Of a stretch of DNA of 64,000 nt, positions 1-9,778 are shown in pieces. Under the pieces are notes generated by a model, which ran no database searches, had not been told where the DNA came from, and was given only the letters and a program-made list of their open reading frames with translations. Both the position numbers and the translations under genes were made by a program. The stretch's first letter is position 1. Every line of letters begins with the position of its first letter. This DNA comes from an uncultured Lachnospiraceae bacterium. Lineage in GTDB: Bacteria; Bacillota; Clostridia; Lachnospirales; Lachnospiraceae. The stretch is taken from assembly GCA_964619785.1 (NCBI GenBank), contig CAZUGH010000002.1:11355-75354 (forward strand), read 5' to 3'.

Positions 1-1
1 T

Positions 2-241
2 CAGCTTTCGAAGTATGCGGATTCATATCAGACATGTGAGGCATGGAAGGACAATGCAATGCTTATGGTGGAGATGCTTTTTGATATAGCCGGTAGAACA
101 ATCATGGAAACATTTATGGCGGCAGATAATCAAGCTGTCTATGAAGCAGAAGCACAGAAGTATCAAAGGAAGATTGATTTAATCAGAAGAGGATTTTTGT
201 CATTGGGAGAAAGTGACATCCGTCATCTTGACGGTGAATAG
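2..241 (+). CDS. 3-prime end of an unidentified gene running in from the window edge
   Basis: The frame is open from nt 2 to TAG 239-241. The listed ORF 59-241 is only its Met-initiated tail. No family motif recognised. Confidence 0.35.
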   Translation, partial: QLSKYADSYQTCEAWKDNAMLMVEMLFDIAGRTIMETFMAADNQAVYEAEAQKYQRKIDLIRRGFLSLGESDIRHLDGE

Positions 242-299
242 ATATTTCCCTATAATTGACACAACGTAAACGTTTAACAACATCAGGAGGATATACAAC

Positions 300-3200
300 A
301 TGTTTTCAAAGTTTAGTGTAAGACGGCCTTATACAGTATTAGTTGCGGTTGTAATGATTATTGTATTAGGTATCGTTTCATTTTCTAAAATGCATACGGA
401 TTTGCTGCCAAACATGGAATTTCCATATGCAATCGTTATTACAACCTATCCAGGAGCAAGTCCTGAAGAGGTGGAGGCTACTGTAACTAAGCCAGTGGAA
501 CAGACGATGGCGAGTGTTAGTAATATTAAAAACGTGACATCTACATCTCGTGACAACATGTCGATGGTTATGCTTGAGTTCAATCAGGGCGCGAACATGG
601 ATTCAATCACGGTCGAGATGAGAGAGAGTCTTGATACCATCACAACAAATTGGGATGACACAATTAGCAATCCAATGATTATGAAAATTAACCCAGACAT
701 GATGCCAATTATGGTTACAGCAGTTAACTATGATGATGCAGATAGTGTTGAGGTTTCGGATAAGACAGTTGCAGACATTGTACCTGAATTAGAGAGTGTT
801 GAGGGTGTTGCATCGGTATCTACATCTGGTCAAGTGACAGAAAAGGTTGAAGTTGTTATTCGACAGGATAAGATTGATGCGATGAATCAGAAAGTTCAGG
901 ATGCGATCAATGGCAAGCTAGATGATGCAGAGAAGAAGATTAAAGACGGACAGAGTGAAATTAAGAATGGTAAGAGTACGCTTGATGATCAAAAGGAAAA
1001 AGCTGCGGATCAGATGGCTAAGGGCGAAACCAAGTTAAATACTGCTTCCACGAGTGTGGCGGATGGATTGAAAGAGATTAATAATCAGATTACAGAAGTG
1101 AAGAAGCAGCAGACGGAATTGTCTAAGACCGAGAAGCAGGTAACAGACGGCTTGGCTACCTGTGCAACACAAAAAGCAAATCTGAAGGCAACGCTTACGA
1201 CACTTGTGCAGACGCAGACGAGTCTGAATACATTGAGTTCATCTTTGGATCCTTTGTTAGCGACACAAGCTACCTTGCAGGCTCAGGTAGATGCAGGAAC
1301 TGCAACAGCAGAGATGAAGTCACAGTTGACCAGCGTAAATACGCAGATTGGTACGATTGATGCTACCTTGTCAGCGCAAGGAATGACAAGAGAGAGTTTG
1401 AAGACAAAACTTGCAGAAGTGAATGCAGGCATTACAAGTGCTCAGACTGGAATTACCACAATTGAAACACAGGAAGCTACGTTAAATGCGAATAAGACTA
1501 AGATTGATGCTGGTAAGAAGCAGATCACATCGGGTCTATCGAAGTTAAATGCAGCGAAGAGTAAGCTCGAGAAGGGCAAGACAACGACTACAAAGGCATT
1601 AGAGTCACTGAGTAAGCAGAAGATATTGGCTTCAATTCAGATGAGTGTTGCCGAGATTAAGTTGAGTAATGGCGAAACAAGTCTAAAGGATGCTGCTAAG
1701 ACTTTTAAAGAAACGAAGAAAACGACAAAAGATAGTTCAGACCTATCCAATATCATTACAGCGGATATGGTAAAAAATATTCTGACAGCGGAAGATTTTG
1801 AGATGCCAGCAGGATATATTACAGAAGGTGATGCGAAGTATCTTGTTAAGGTTGGAGATAAAGTAGAATCAACAGATCAGCTAGAGAATCTCGTAGTAGC
1901 AGATATGGACTTGGATGATTTAGATCCAATCACCTTATCGGATGTGGCAGATATTATCCATACCGATGATTCCGCAGATGTATATACATCTCTAAATGGA
2001 AGCCCTGCCGTGGCTGTTGTCATGGAGAAGCAGACAGGATATTCCACAGGTGATGTGACAGAACGACTGTTAGATAAGATGGCAGAGCTCGAGAAGACAG
2101 AAGAGGGATTCCACTATACAACACTGATGAACCAGGGTGTATATATTGATTTGGTTACTAATTCAGTTGCACAGAACTTGCTAATGGGTGGTGTCCTTGC
2201 AATCTTTATCCTGCTTCTATTCTTGAAGGATTTACGACCAACGGTTATCGTTGCCTGCTCAATTCCACTTAGTTTGGTGGCGGCAGTTGTTGCGATGTAC
2301 TTTAGTGGCGTGACGCTGAATATTATTTCCCTATCGGGTCTGGCGTTAGGTGTAGGTATGTTGGTAGATAATTCCGTCGTTGTTATCGAGAACATCTATC
2401 GACTAAGAAGAGAAGGCTATAGCGCAAGAAAAGCAGCTGTGGAAGGTGCCAAGGGCGTTGCCGGTGCCATTACGGCATCTACACTTACAACTGTTTGTGT
2501 ATTCGCTCCGATTGTATTTACCGAAGGTATTACGAGACAGCTTTTCGTCGATTTAGGATTGACATTAGCATACTCATTATTAGCTAGTTTGCTTGTGGCA
2601 TTGACACTAGTACCTGCTATGTCAGCTGGTATGTTGAAAAAAACAAGTGAGAAGAACAATAAATTATTAGATAAGATTCAGAATGTATATGCAGGCGTGC
2701 TTGCTAAGGTGCTTCGCTTCAAACCAATTGTTTTGATTGCAGCATTAGCAATTTTAGTTCTATCCGTTGTTTGGTCAGTTAGTAAGGGTACGGCATTTAT
2801 GCCAGAGATGGAAAGTACAGAGATGTCGATGACATTGACCACAGACAAAGAGACTAGCTTCGAAGATACAACGAAAGTTGCTAACCAAGTGATAGACAAT
2901 GTAAAAGGTATCGCAGATATCAAGACCATTGGAGCAATGAGTGGTGGTAGTGGTATGATGGCAAGTATGGGTGGTTCATCTTCAAGTAATAGCATATCGA
3001 TGTATGTAATCCTGAATGAGAAGAGAACGCTTTCGAATGATGAATTGAAGAAGCAGATTGAAGATAAAACGAAAGATTTGAAATGCACGTTGGATATTCA
3101 GACATCATCTATGGATATGAGTGCTCTTGGTGGTACGGGTATTACCATTAATATCAAGGGTAAGGATTTAGATAAACTCAAGAAGGTTTCGGAAGATGTC

Positions 3201-4232
3201 ATGAAACAGATTGAAGGCGTCAAAGGACTCAAGGAAATCTCAAATGGTCTTGAGGAAGGTACGGATGAATTCCGTGTTAGTGTTGATAAAGAAAAAGCAA
3301 TGCATTATACATTGACTGTTGCACAGGTGTTCCAGCAGATCAATGCAAAGGTTAAAGATGTTACAAGTGCAACAACAATCTCAACAGATACGAAGGATTA
3401 TGATGTGTTTGTTAAGAGTGAAGAGGATGAGAATTTCAGCCAGAATGATGTTAAAAACATGAAGATTGAGTATACGACGAAGGATGGCAAGAAGAAAAAG
3501 GTTAAGCTATCTAAGATTGCAACTTTTGAAAATGCTCTTTCACCAAATGCAATCACACGTGATAATCAGCAACGTCAGATGACTGTATCAGCTTCTCTTG
3601 AAGATGGTTACAACATCGGATTAGTAAGTAATGATGTTAATTCGGCAATGAAGTCATATAAAGCTCCAGACGGTTATACTGTGGAGATGGCAGGAGAAGA
3701 TGCTACAATCAACGAGTCCATGGGACAGTTGGTACTGATGTTACTCTTAGGCGTTATCTTCATGTATCTGATTATGGTTGCACAGTTCCAATCACTTCTA
3801 TCACCATTTATCATCCTGTTTACCATTCCATTGGCATTTACAGGAGGCTTCTTGGGCTTAGCTATGACAGGAAGTGAGATTAGTGTCATCGCTATGATTG
3901 GATTTGTCATGTTGTCTGGTGTCATTGTAAATAATGGTATCGTACTTGTTGATTATACAAATCAGTTACGACGTGAAGGTATGGAGAAACGAGAGGCGTT
4001 AGTAGAAGCCGGAAGAACTCGACTTCGTCCAATTCTTATGACAGCATTGACCACAATTCTTGGACTATCAACGATGGCGATGGGACTTGGAATGGGTGGA
4101 GATATGGTTCAACCAATGGCGATTGTAACAATCGGTGGTTTGATTTACGGAACCCTGTTGACACTATTTGTTGTTCCATGTATCTATGATGTATTGAATC
4201 GCAAGAAGGATATGGTAGAAAAAGAGATTTAG
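300..4232 (+). CDS. RND (AcrB/SwrC-like) efflux transporter permease with a large coiled-coil insertion
   Basis: 1310-aa ORF with AGGAGGA RBS 8 nt upstream. N-terminal TM, then two TM bundles with RND motifs (GMLVDNSVVVIENI and SGVIVNNGIVLVDY). Two large extracytoplasmic loops. Confidence 0.9.
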   Translation: MFSKFSVRRPYTVLVAVVMIIVLGIVSFSKMHTDLLPNMEFPYAIVITTYPGASPEEVEATVTKPVEQTMASVSNIKNVTSTSRDNMSMVMLEFNQGANMDSITVEMRESLDTITTNWDDTISNPMIMKINPDMMPIMVTAVNYDDADSVEVSDKTVADIVPELESVEGVASVSTSGQVTEKVEVVIRQDKIDAMNQKVQDAINGKLDDAEKKIKDGQSEIKNGKSTLDDQKEKAADQMAKGETKLNTASTSVADGLKEINNQITEVKKQQTELSKTEKQVTDGLATCATQKANLKATLTTLVQTQTSLNTLSSSLDPLLATQATLQAQVDAGTATAEMKSQLTSVNTQIGTIDATLSAQGMTRESLKTKLAEVNAGITSAQTGITTIETQEATLNANKTKIDAGKKQITSGLSKLNAAKSKLEKGKTTTTKALESLSKQKILASIQMSVAEIKLSNGETSLKDAAKTFKETKKTTKDSSDLSNIITADMVKNILTAEDFEMPAGYITEGDAKYLVKVGDKVESTDQLENLVVADMDLDDLDPITLSDVADIIHTDDSADVYTSLNGSPAVAVVMEKQTGYSTGDVTERLLDKMAELEKTEEGFHYTTLMNQGVYIDLVTNSVAQNLLMGGVLAIFILLLFLKDLRPTVIVACSIPLSLVAAVVAMYFSGVTLNIISLSGLALGVGMLVDNSVVVIENIYRLRREGYSARKAAVEGAKGVAGAITASTLTTVCVFAPIVFTEGITRQLFVDLGLTLAYSLLASLLVALTLVPAMSAGMLKKTSEKNNKLLDKIQNVYAGVLAKVLRFKPIVLIAALAILVLSVVWSVSKGTAFMPEMESTEMSMTLTTDKETSFEDTTKVANQVIDNVKGIADIKTIGAMSGGSGMMASMGGSSSSNSISMYVILNEKRTLSNDELKKQIEDKTKDLKCTLDIQTSSMDMSALGGTGITINIKGKDLDKLKKVSEDVMKQIEGVKGLKEISNGLEEGTDEFRVSVDKEKAMHYTLTVAQVFQQINAKVKDVTSATTISTDTKDYDVFVKSEEDENFSQNDVKNMKIEYTTKDGKKKKVKLSKIATFENALSPNAITRDNQQRQMTVSASLEDGYNIGLVSNDVNSAMKSYKAPDGYTVEMAGEDATINESMGQLVLMLLLGVIFMYLIMVAQFQSLLSPFIILFTIPLAFTGGFLGLAMTGSEISVIAMIGFVMLSGVIVNNGIVLVDYTNQLRREGMEKREALVEAGRTRLRPILMTALTTILGLSTMAMGLGMGGDMVQPMAIVTIGGLIYGTLLTLFVVPCIYDVLNRKKDMVEKEI

Positions 4233-4270
4233 GCTTATACTTGCATACACAACTTCAAAATGATATATTT

Positions 4271-4307
4271 ATAGCAGGCACATGAATTACTTGTGTCTGC
4301 TATTTGT
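4271..4307 (+). terminator. Intrinsic terminator after the RND gene
   Basis: 12-bp stem ATAGCAGGCACA/TGTGTCTGCTAT (one G-U) followed by TTTGT. Confidence 0.5.
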
Positions 4308-4337
4308 AACTAGAATTCTATGAATGGAGAATTGTTT

Positions 4338-5144
4338 ATGGTAGAATCACCCATTGGAGTATTTGACTCAGGAGTTGGCGGACTGACTGTGATGAAGGAA
4401 ATTATGCGTCAGCTACCAGGAGAGAGCGTTGTCTATTTTGGCGATACTGCACGTGTACCTTATGGCAGTAAATCCAAAACTACCGTTTTAAAATATAGTA
4501 AACAGATTGTACGTTTTTTGCAGGCGAAGAATGTCAAGGCTATCGTGATTGCATGTAATACAGCGAGTGCACTTGCGCTTGGTGAAATTCAGAAAGAGGT
4601 AGACATCCCTGTAATCGGCGTGGTAGAACCTGGTGCGAAGATGGCAGCAGAGACAACCCAAACAGGAAGTATCGGCATTATCGGTACGGAGAGTACGATA
4701 AAAAGTGGAATCTATAACGACTATCTACGCAAGATAAAACCAGATATTACAGTAGTTAGTAAAGCATGCCCATTATTTGTCCCATTGGTTGAAGAAGGAT
4801 TATGGGAAGATCGAATTACAGAAGATGTTGTAGGACGCTATCTCCATGAGATGAAGGAATATGATATTGATGCACTCGTATTAGGCTGCACACACTATCC
4901 ATTGCTTCGCCGGACGATTGGACGCGAGATGGGAGAAAACGTAAAACTTGTTAATCCTGCATACGAAACTGCGAAAAGCTTGAAGGCATTGCTCGAGGAA
5001 AAACAATTACTAGCACCAAGTGGAAGCATGCCAAAGTATGATTATTACGTCAGTGATGGCGTAGAGAAATTTATCGTTTTTGCTGATGAGGTACTGCCTT
5101 GTCATGTGGAGAAGACAAATGTTGTAGATATTGAGAGCTACTAG
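4338..5144 (+). CDS. murI: Glutamate racemase
   Basis: Motifs VFDSGVGGLTV, IACNTAS and LGCTHYPLL (the two catalytic Cys). ATG 4338 is better spaced from GGAG than ATG 4320. Confidence 0.9.
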   Translation: MVESPIGVFDSGVGGLTVMKEIMRQLPGESVVYFGDTARVPYGSKSKTTVLKYSKQIVRFLQAKNVKAIVIACNTASALALGEIQKEVDIPVIGVVEPGAKMAAETTQTGSIGIIGTESTIKSGIYNDYLRKIKPDITVVSKACPLFVPLVEEGLWEDRITEDVVGRYLHEMKEYDIDALVLGCTHYPLLRRTIGREMGENVKLVNPAYETAKSLKALLEEKQLLAPSGSMPKYDYYVSDGVEKFIVFADEVLPCHVEKTNVVDIESY

Positions 5145-5154
5145 AATGATTTAA

Positions 5155-5194
5155 ACACCTCCTCACATATACATAGTATGTGGGGAGGTGTTTT
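5155..5194 (+). terminator. Strong intrinsic terminator after murI
   Basis: 15-bp stem ACACCTCCTCACATA / TATGTGGGGAGGTGT, 7-nt loop, then TTTT. Its 3-prime arm contains the only SD for the next gene. Confidence 0.6.
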
Positions 5195-6022
5195 ATGTAT
5201 TGGCTTAAAAAAGTGGGATTCTTGCTGATTTGTGTAGTGCTGACCTGTTTGCTGACCAAGTTTGTGCTGGTGAAGGAGGAAGTGTCACAGATACAGGATT
5301 TCTCATCGAGAATAGAGACTTTTCGTCATTTTCAACTCGATCCTGATATGATACAAGAGATTATGGCTCATGAAAATGATTGGCAGCGCTGTCTGGCATT
5401 AAATTATCTATATGATGGTGAGCGATTAAATCGTGATGGGTTTATCTCGAAAGGTAGTTGGTTTCAGATGATGCTTCCGAATACACTGCTTGAGGACTAT
5501 CGGAAGGGGATGGAGCTTGTGTTGGCGGACGCCACCATTTTCCCAGTACCGATTGATGAGACGAGTGGATATACAATCAGTTATGAACAGTCTTGGCAGA
5601 TGCCACGTTCTTATGGTGGAAATCGAACACATGAGGGGTGTGATTTGATGCCATCGGTGAAGGAAGCGGGGTATTTTCCTGTACAGAGCGTCAGTGCGGG
5701 TACGGTGGAGAAGATTGGATGGCTAACGTTAGGAGGCAATCGTGTGGGGGTAAGGAGTCCATCGGGAACCTTTTTTTATTATGCACATCTGGATTCTTAT
5801 GCACATGGATTGAAGGTGGGAGATACGGTAGTACCGGGTCAGACGCTTGGACAGATGGGGGATAGTGGATATGGACCTGAGGGGACCGTGGGACAGTTTC
5901 CAACACATCTGCATTTTGGAATCTATATTCCATGGAAAGGGACAGATATCAGTGTGAATCCGTATTGTGTACTTAAATCAATTGAAAAAAATCGCAATTC
6001 CTTTCGCCAAAATGGTGCGTAG
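5195..6022 (+). CDS. M23/LytM family metallopeptidase, N-terminally membrane anchored
   Basis: HEGCDLM ... HLHFGIY (HxxxD and HxH of family M23). N-terminal TM LLICVVLTCLL. The GTG 5180 start lies inside the terminator stem, so ATG 5195 is preferred. Confidence 0.85.
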   Translation: MYWLKKVGFLLICVVLTCLLTKFVLVKEEVSQIQDFSSRIETFRHFQLDPDMIQEIMAHENDWQRCLALNYLYDGERLNRDGFISKGSWFQMMLPNTLLEDYRKGMELVLADATIFPVPIDETSGYTISYEQSWQMPRSYGGNRTHEGCDLMPSVKEAGYFPVQSVSAGTVEKIGWLTLGGNRVGVRSPSGTFFYYAHLDSYAHGLKVGDTVVPGQTLGQMGDSGYGPEGTVGQFPTHLHFGIYIPWKGTDISVNPYCVLKSIEKNRNSFRQNGA

Positions 6023-6067
6023 TATGTTATAATTATTAGACCAATGACAAGATGAAAGGTTAGAAGA

Positions 6068-6727
6068 ATGTTAAGTGATGTGGAAGCGGTACTTTTTGAT
6101 TTAGATGGGACATTGATTGATTCCATGTGGATGTGGAAGCAGATTGATATTGAGTATTTAGGAAGCTTTGGGATAGAACTTCCAGAGGATTTGCAGCAGT
6201 CCATTGAGGGCATGAGCTTTTCTGAGACGGCTACGTATTTTAAGAAACGATTCATGATTCCTGACTCAGAAGATGAGATGAAGGATAAGTGGAATCGTAT
6301 GGCTTGGGATAAGTACGAGCATGAGGTGCCTTTGAAACCGGGAGTTCTCTCTTTGCTTACATGGTGCAAGGAGCGCCAGATACCGATGGGAATTGGAACA
6401 AGCAATTCGATAGAACTTGTGGATGTGTGCTTGAATTCACTTGGTGTACTTGACTATTTTGATTCCATACACACCTCTTGTGAGGTGGCACAGGGTAAAC
6501 CTGCGCCAGATATTTATTTATTGGTTGCTCGTGATTTGGGTGTGTCGCCAAAGCACTGTATTGTGTTTGAAGATGTGGTCAGCGGTATACAAGCGGGTAA
6601 GGCAGCAGGCATGAAGACTTGCGCTGTATATGACAAAGGAAGCTATGACAATGAAGACAAGAAGCGAGCATTGGCAGACTATTATATAGAAGATTTCGAG
6701 GTGTTGAAAATTGAAGAAAATGAATAA
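6068..6727 (+). CDS. HAD-IA family hydrolase (beta-phosphoglucomutase-like phosphatase)
   Basis: Motif I FDLDGTLIDS, motif II GTSNS, and C-terminal FEDVVSGIQAGKAAGM. Confidence 0.85.
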   Translation: MLSDVEAVLFDLDGTLIDSMWMWKQIDIEYLGSFGIELPEDLQQSIEGMSFSETATYFKKRFMIPDSEDEMKDKWNRMAWDKYEHEVPLKPGVLSLLTWCKERQIPMGIGTSNSIELVDVCLNSLGVLDYFDSIHTSCEVAQGKPAPDIYLLVARDLGVSPKHCIVFEDVVSGIQAGKAAGMKTCAVYDKGSYDNEDKKRALADYYIEDFEVLKIEENE

Positions 6728-7277
6728 ATGCGAACATGGTTATATTAAATGGGAAAAACAGAAAAAGTTAATGGCGGTGATACTCTATGTCATCATCGGT
6801 GTTGCCATCTTTGTTACGGGTTATCTCTTGAATGATCATTCGAAGAGCAACGTATTTACTGTTGTTGCAGTTGTATTGGTGTTGCCCGCTGCGAAGCATG
6901 CTGTGGCTTTTATTATTCTTGCACCTTATCATACATTAGCAGAGGATGCCTTTCAGAATGTGATAGGGCATTTGCCACCAGAGGCGGTTGTCCTGACGGA
7001 TTATGTATTCACTTCACCAGAGAAGGTGATGGGACTTGCATATTTAATGCTCTATGAGGGGAACGCGATTGGACTCGTAGCAAATGACAAACAAGAGTTG
7101 AACTATATGAATACCTATCTTGGCAAAGGAATTCATGATTTATCGCCGAATTATCATGTGAAGATTGTGGCTGACGAGACGGATTTCTTGCGATTATGTG
7201 ACAAGGCAAATCATGTGGAGATAACGGACAAGCAGCAGGAGGCTGTCGAAGCCTGGGTTCGTTCACTGGCTGTGTAA
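6711..7277 (+). CDS. Hypothetical membrane protein (2 predicted TMs)
   Basis: ORF overlaps the HAD gene by 17 nt. Has two hydrophobic helices. No family recognised. Confidence 0.5.
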   Translation: MKKMNKCEHGYIKWEKQKKLMAVILYVIIGVAIFVTGYLLNDHSKSNVFTVVAVVLVLPAAKHAVAFIILAPYHTLAEDAFQNVIGHLPPEAVVLTDYVFTSPEKVMGLAYLMLYEGNAIGLVANDKQELNYMNTYLGKGIHDLSPNYHVKIVADETDFLRLCDKANHVEITDKQQEAVEAWVRSLAV

Positions 7278-7289
7278 TAGGAGGTATCG

Positions 7290-8252
7290 ATGGTACAACT
7301 GGAGATTACGACGGATGAGGCGGGACAGAGACTTGATAAATTTTTAAGAAAATATCTGAATCAGGCTCCTGGAAGTTTCATCTATAAGATGCTTCGCAAG
7401 AAGAATATTAAGTTAAATGGCAAGAAGGCTGACGGCTCGGAGAAGATTCAACCTGGCGACATTTTGAACTTATATTTAGCGGATGCCACCATTGCAGAGT
7501 TTCGTCAGGAAAAGGTAGTGTCAGGTGCGAATGGTCATCTAGATATCATTTATGAAGATGAGCAGATTGCTATGATTAATAAACCTGCAGGCATGCTGTC
7601 ACAGAAGGCAGATGCAGATGATATCAGCTTGGTTGAAGAGTTTCAGGCATATATGGAACGGAATGGATTGACCCAGGAGCAGAAGCGGGCATTTACCCCT
7701 GGAATCTGTAATCGCTTAGACCGTAATACGAGTGGATTAGTGGTCGCAGGCAAGACACTTCAGGGTTTGCAAAAGATGTCGGAGTTGCTTCGCGAGAGGC
7801 GTGTGGAGAAGTATTATCTCTGTATCGTGGTAGGCCATGTGAAGGAAAAACAGCATATTGATGGTTATCTTTCCAAAGAGGAGCGAACGAATCAAGTAAC
7901 GATTCATCGAGAAGATGGACCTGGTAGAACGAGAATTGAGACGGCTTACGAGCCGCTAGAGTATGGCGATGATTTTACATTATTGAAGGTTCACCTGATT
8001 ACGGGTAAGACGCATCAGATTCGTGCACATCTTAGTAGCCAGAGACATCCAATTATAGGAGATACAAAGTATGGTGATGCTCTTGTGAATCAACAGATGA
8101 AGAAAAATTTTGGATTGAAGTATCAATTACTTCATAGCTATGAGATTCATTTTCCTCAGATGGAAGAACCGTTTGAACAGTTGAGCAATCGTTGTGTTCA
8201 GGCACCTTTGCCAACGCGTTTTGTGAGGATTCGAGAAGCACTGATGAAATGA
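7290..8252 (+). CDS. RluA-family 23S rRNA pseudouridine synthase (RluD-like, with S4 domain)
   Basis: N-terminal S4-like segment, catalytic motif NRLDRNTSGLVV, and HQIRAHL. Confidence 0.9.
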   Translation: MVQLEITTDEAGQRLDKFLRKYLNQAPGSFIYKMLRKKNIKLNGKKADGSEKIQPGDILNLYLADATIAEFRQEKVVSGANGHLDIIYEDEQIAMINKPAGMLSQKADADDISLVEEFQAYMERNGLTQEQKRAFTPGICNRLDRNTSGLVVAGKTLQGLQKMSELLRERRVEKYYLCIVVGHVKEKQHIDGYLSKEERTNQVTIHREDGPGRTRIETAYEPLEYGDDFTLLKVHLITGKTHQIRAHLSSQRHPIIGDTKYGDALVNQQMKKNFGLKYQLLHSYEIHFPQMEEPFEQLSNRCVQAPLPTRFVRIREALMK

Positions 8253-8271
8253 TATGAAGAGAGGTTAGATT

Positions 8272-8805
8272 ATGGCAACATGGAATTCACGAGGATTACG
8301 TGGTTCATTTCTAGAAGAGCTAGTGAATGTGACAAATGAAAAATACAAGGTTCAGCATCTTGCATTGATTCAGAAGATTCCTACTCCGATTAAGCCGATT
8401 CAGATGGACCAACAGACGAGGCACATTACGTTGGCATATTTTGAACAAAAAAGTACGGTAGATTATATCGGAACAGTTCAGGGGATTCCTGTATGCTTTG
8501 ATGCGAAGGAATGTGCGACAGATCGTTTTCCTTTGGCGAATATTCATGAGCATCAGATGGAGTTTATGAAGGAATTCGAGTATCAAGGTGGCGTAGCATT
8601 TTACCTTGTGTATTTTAAGAATCAGGATTGTTTTTCCTATGTGCCATATCGTAAAGCAAGGGAGTTTTGGGAACGGATGCAAGCTGGCGGTAAGAAGAGT
8701 TTTCAATATGCGGAGCTTGACCCTGCCTATGAGATATCAACATATTCAGGCACATTTGTACATTATTTAGAGAAGATAGACCAAGACTTGAATGAAAGGA
8801 GTTAG
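8272..8805 (+). CDS. recU: Holliday junction resolvase RecU
   Basis: Collinear with B. subtilis RecU as recalled: NSRG...LEE, KxPTPIKPI, STVDYxG, FDAKEC, HEHQxEFM, FWER...GGKKS. Confidence 0.85.
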   Translation: MATWNSRGLRGSFLEELVNVTNEKYKVQHLALIQKIPTPIKPIQMDQQTRHITLAYFEQKSTVDYIGTVQGIPVCFDAKECATDRFPLANIHEHQMEFMKEFEYQGGVAFYLVYFKNQDCFSYVPYRKAREFWERMQAGGKKSFQYAELDPAYEISTYSGTFVHYLEKIDQDLNERS

Positions 8806-8808
8806 CAT

Positions 8809-9354
8809 ATGAAGGCAATTATGTTTTTTGCAGAAGGTTTTGAAGAAGTAGAGGCATTATCAGCAGTTGATGTACTACGTCGAGGTGGCGTAGAGGTACA
8901 GATGGTGTCGATTACAGAAGCAACAAAAGTGTGGGGCGCACACGACATTATGGTTGGGATGAATCACATTATTGAGGATGTGGATATCAGTTCAGTAGAT
9001 GCAGTGCTCTTGCCTGGTGGTATGCCTGGGACAATGCATTTGAAAGAAAGTGAGAAGGTACGCGAATTACTGATGCAGGCCAATGATGAGGGCAAGTTAA
9101 TTGGTGCTATCTGTGCTGCACCAATTGTGTTAGGTGCCTGTGGCTTGCTACAGGGAAAACGTGCGACTTGTTATCCGGGATTCGAGGAAGAATTGACCGG
9201 TGCTACGACTGTTGTAGAACCGGTTGTTATTGATGGAAACATTGTAACTAGCCGTGGCGTTGGAACGGCACTTGACTTCGGCTTAAAAATTCTTGAAATT
9301 TTAACTGATTTAAAAAATTCCGAGAAAATAGGTACAAGTATATTACATTACTAA
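8809..9354 (+). CDS. DJ-1/PfpI (ThiJ) family protein
   Basis: Nucleophile elbow GAICAAP, LPGGMPG, and about 180 aa in size. Confidence 0.85.
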   Translation: MKAIMFFAEGFEEVEALSAVDVLRRGGVEVQMVSITEATKVWGAHDIMVGMNHIIEDVDISSVDAVLLPGGMPGTMHLKESEKVRELLMQANDEGKLIGAICAAPIVLGACGLLQGKRATCYPGFEEELTGATTVVEPVVIDGNIVTSRGVGTALDFGLKILEILTDLKNSEKIGTSILHY

Positions 9355-9479
9355 GCCACAAATTACCACCATATTATTTGCAATCGCGGAGATAATAGTA
9401 TCAAGATAATTGACAGGGATTTCAAGGAAAATTTCAGTTTTTTATCTTTACTATAAATAATAGATGGAGGTAGAAAGAC

Positions 9480-9668
9480 ATGGCTAGTAATAAACAAGCA
9501 CAGGATTCACTGAACAGATTTAAAATGGAAGTTGCATCTGAACTTGGTGTCCCATTAAAGGATGGATATAATGGTGACCTTACAAGTGCACAGAATGGTT
9601 CTGTAGGCGGAGAGATGGTTCGTCAGATGATTCGTAGACAGGAAGAATCAATGTCTGGTCGTCAGTAA
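9480..9668 (+). CDS. Alpha/beta-type small acid-soluble spore protein
   Basis: 62 aa with KMEVASELGV ... GSVGGEMVRQMI SASP signatures. GGAGG RBS upstream. Confidence 0.85.
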   Translation: MASNKQAQDSLNRFKMEVASELGVPLKDGYNGDLTSAQNGSVGGEMVRQMIRRQEESMSGRQ

Positions 9669-9680
9669 CAGAGATATTTT

Positions 9681-9711
9681 GAGAGGGGCTTTTGCCCCTC
9701 CCCTCTTTTTT
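9681..9711 (+). terminator. Intrinsic terminator after the SASP gene
   Basis: GAGGGGC-TTTT-GCCCCTC hairpin followed by a T-run. Confidence 0.7.
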
Positions 9712-9778
9712 AATCTTGAAAAATAATATCTATTATGATAGTATAGATTAGATAAACGCTATTTGCATGGAGGGAAAA

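Noticed and set aside
2114-3108. Several minus-strand ORFs (2114-2395, 2417-2659, 2678-3088, 2920-3108, 3674-3925) lie inside the RND gene. Similar antisense or out-of-frame ORFs lie inside most large genes, for example 21403-21975, 10889-11537, 16154-16478, 46198-46617, 49661-50062 and 51397-51867.
   Set aside because: They are shadow ORFs fully embedded in genes with strong family motifs. They have no RBS and show low-complexity or codon-mirror composition.
9355-9479. A forespore sigma-G promoter upstream of the SASP gene.
   Set aside because: One is expected biologically, but I could not find a convincing GHATR-N18-CATxxTA match by eye, so it is not reported as a feature.
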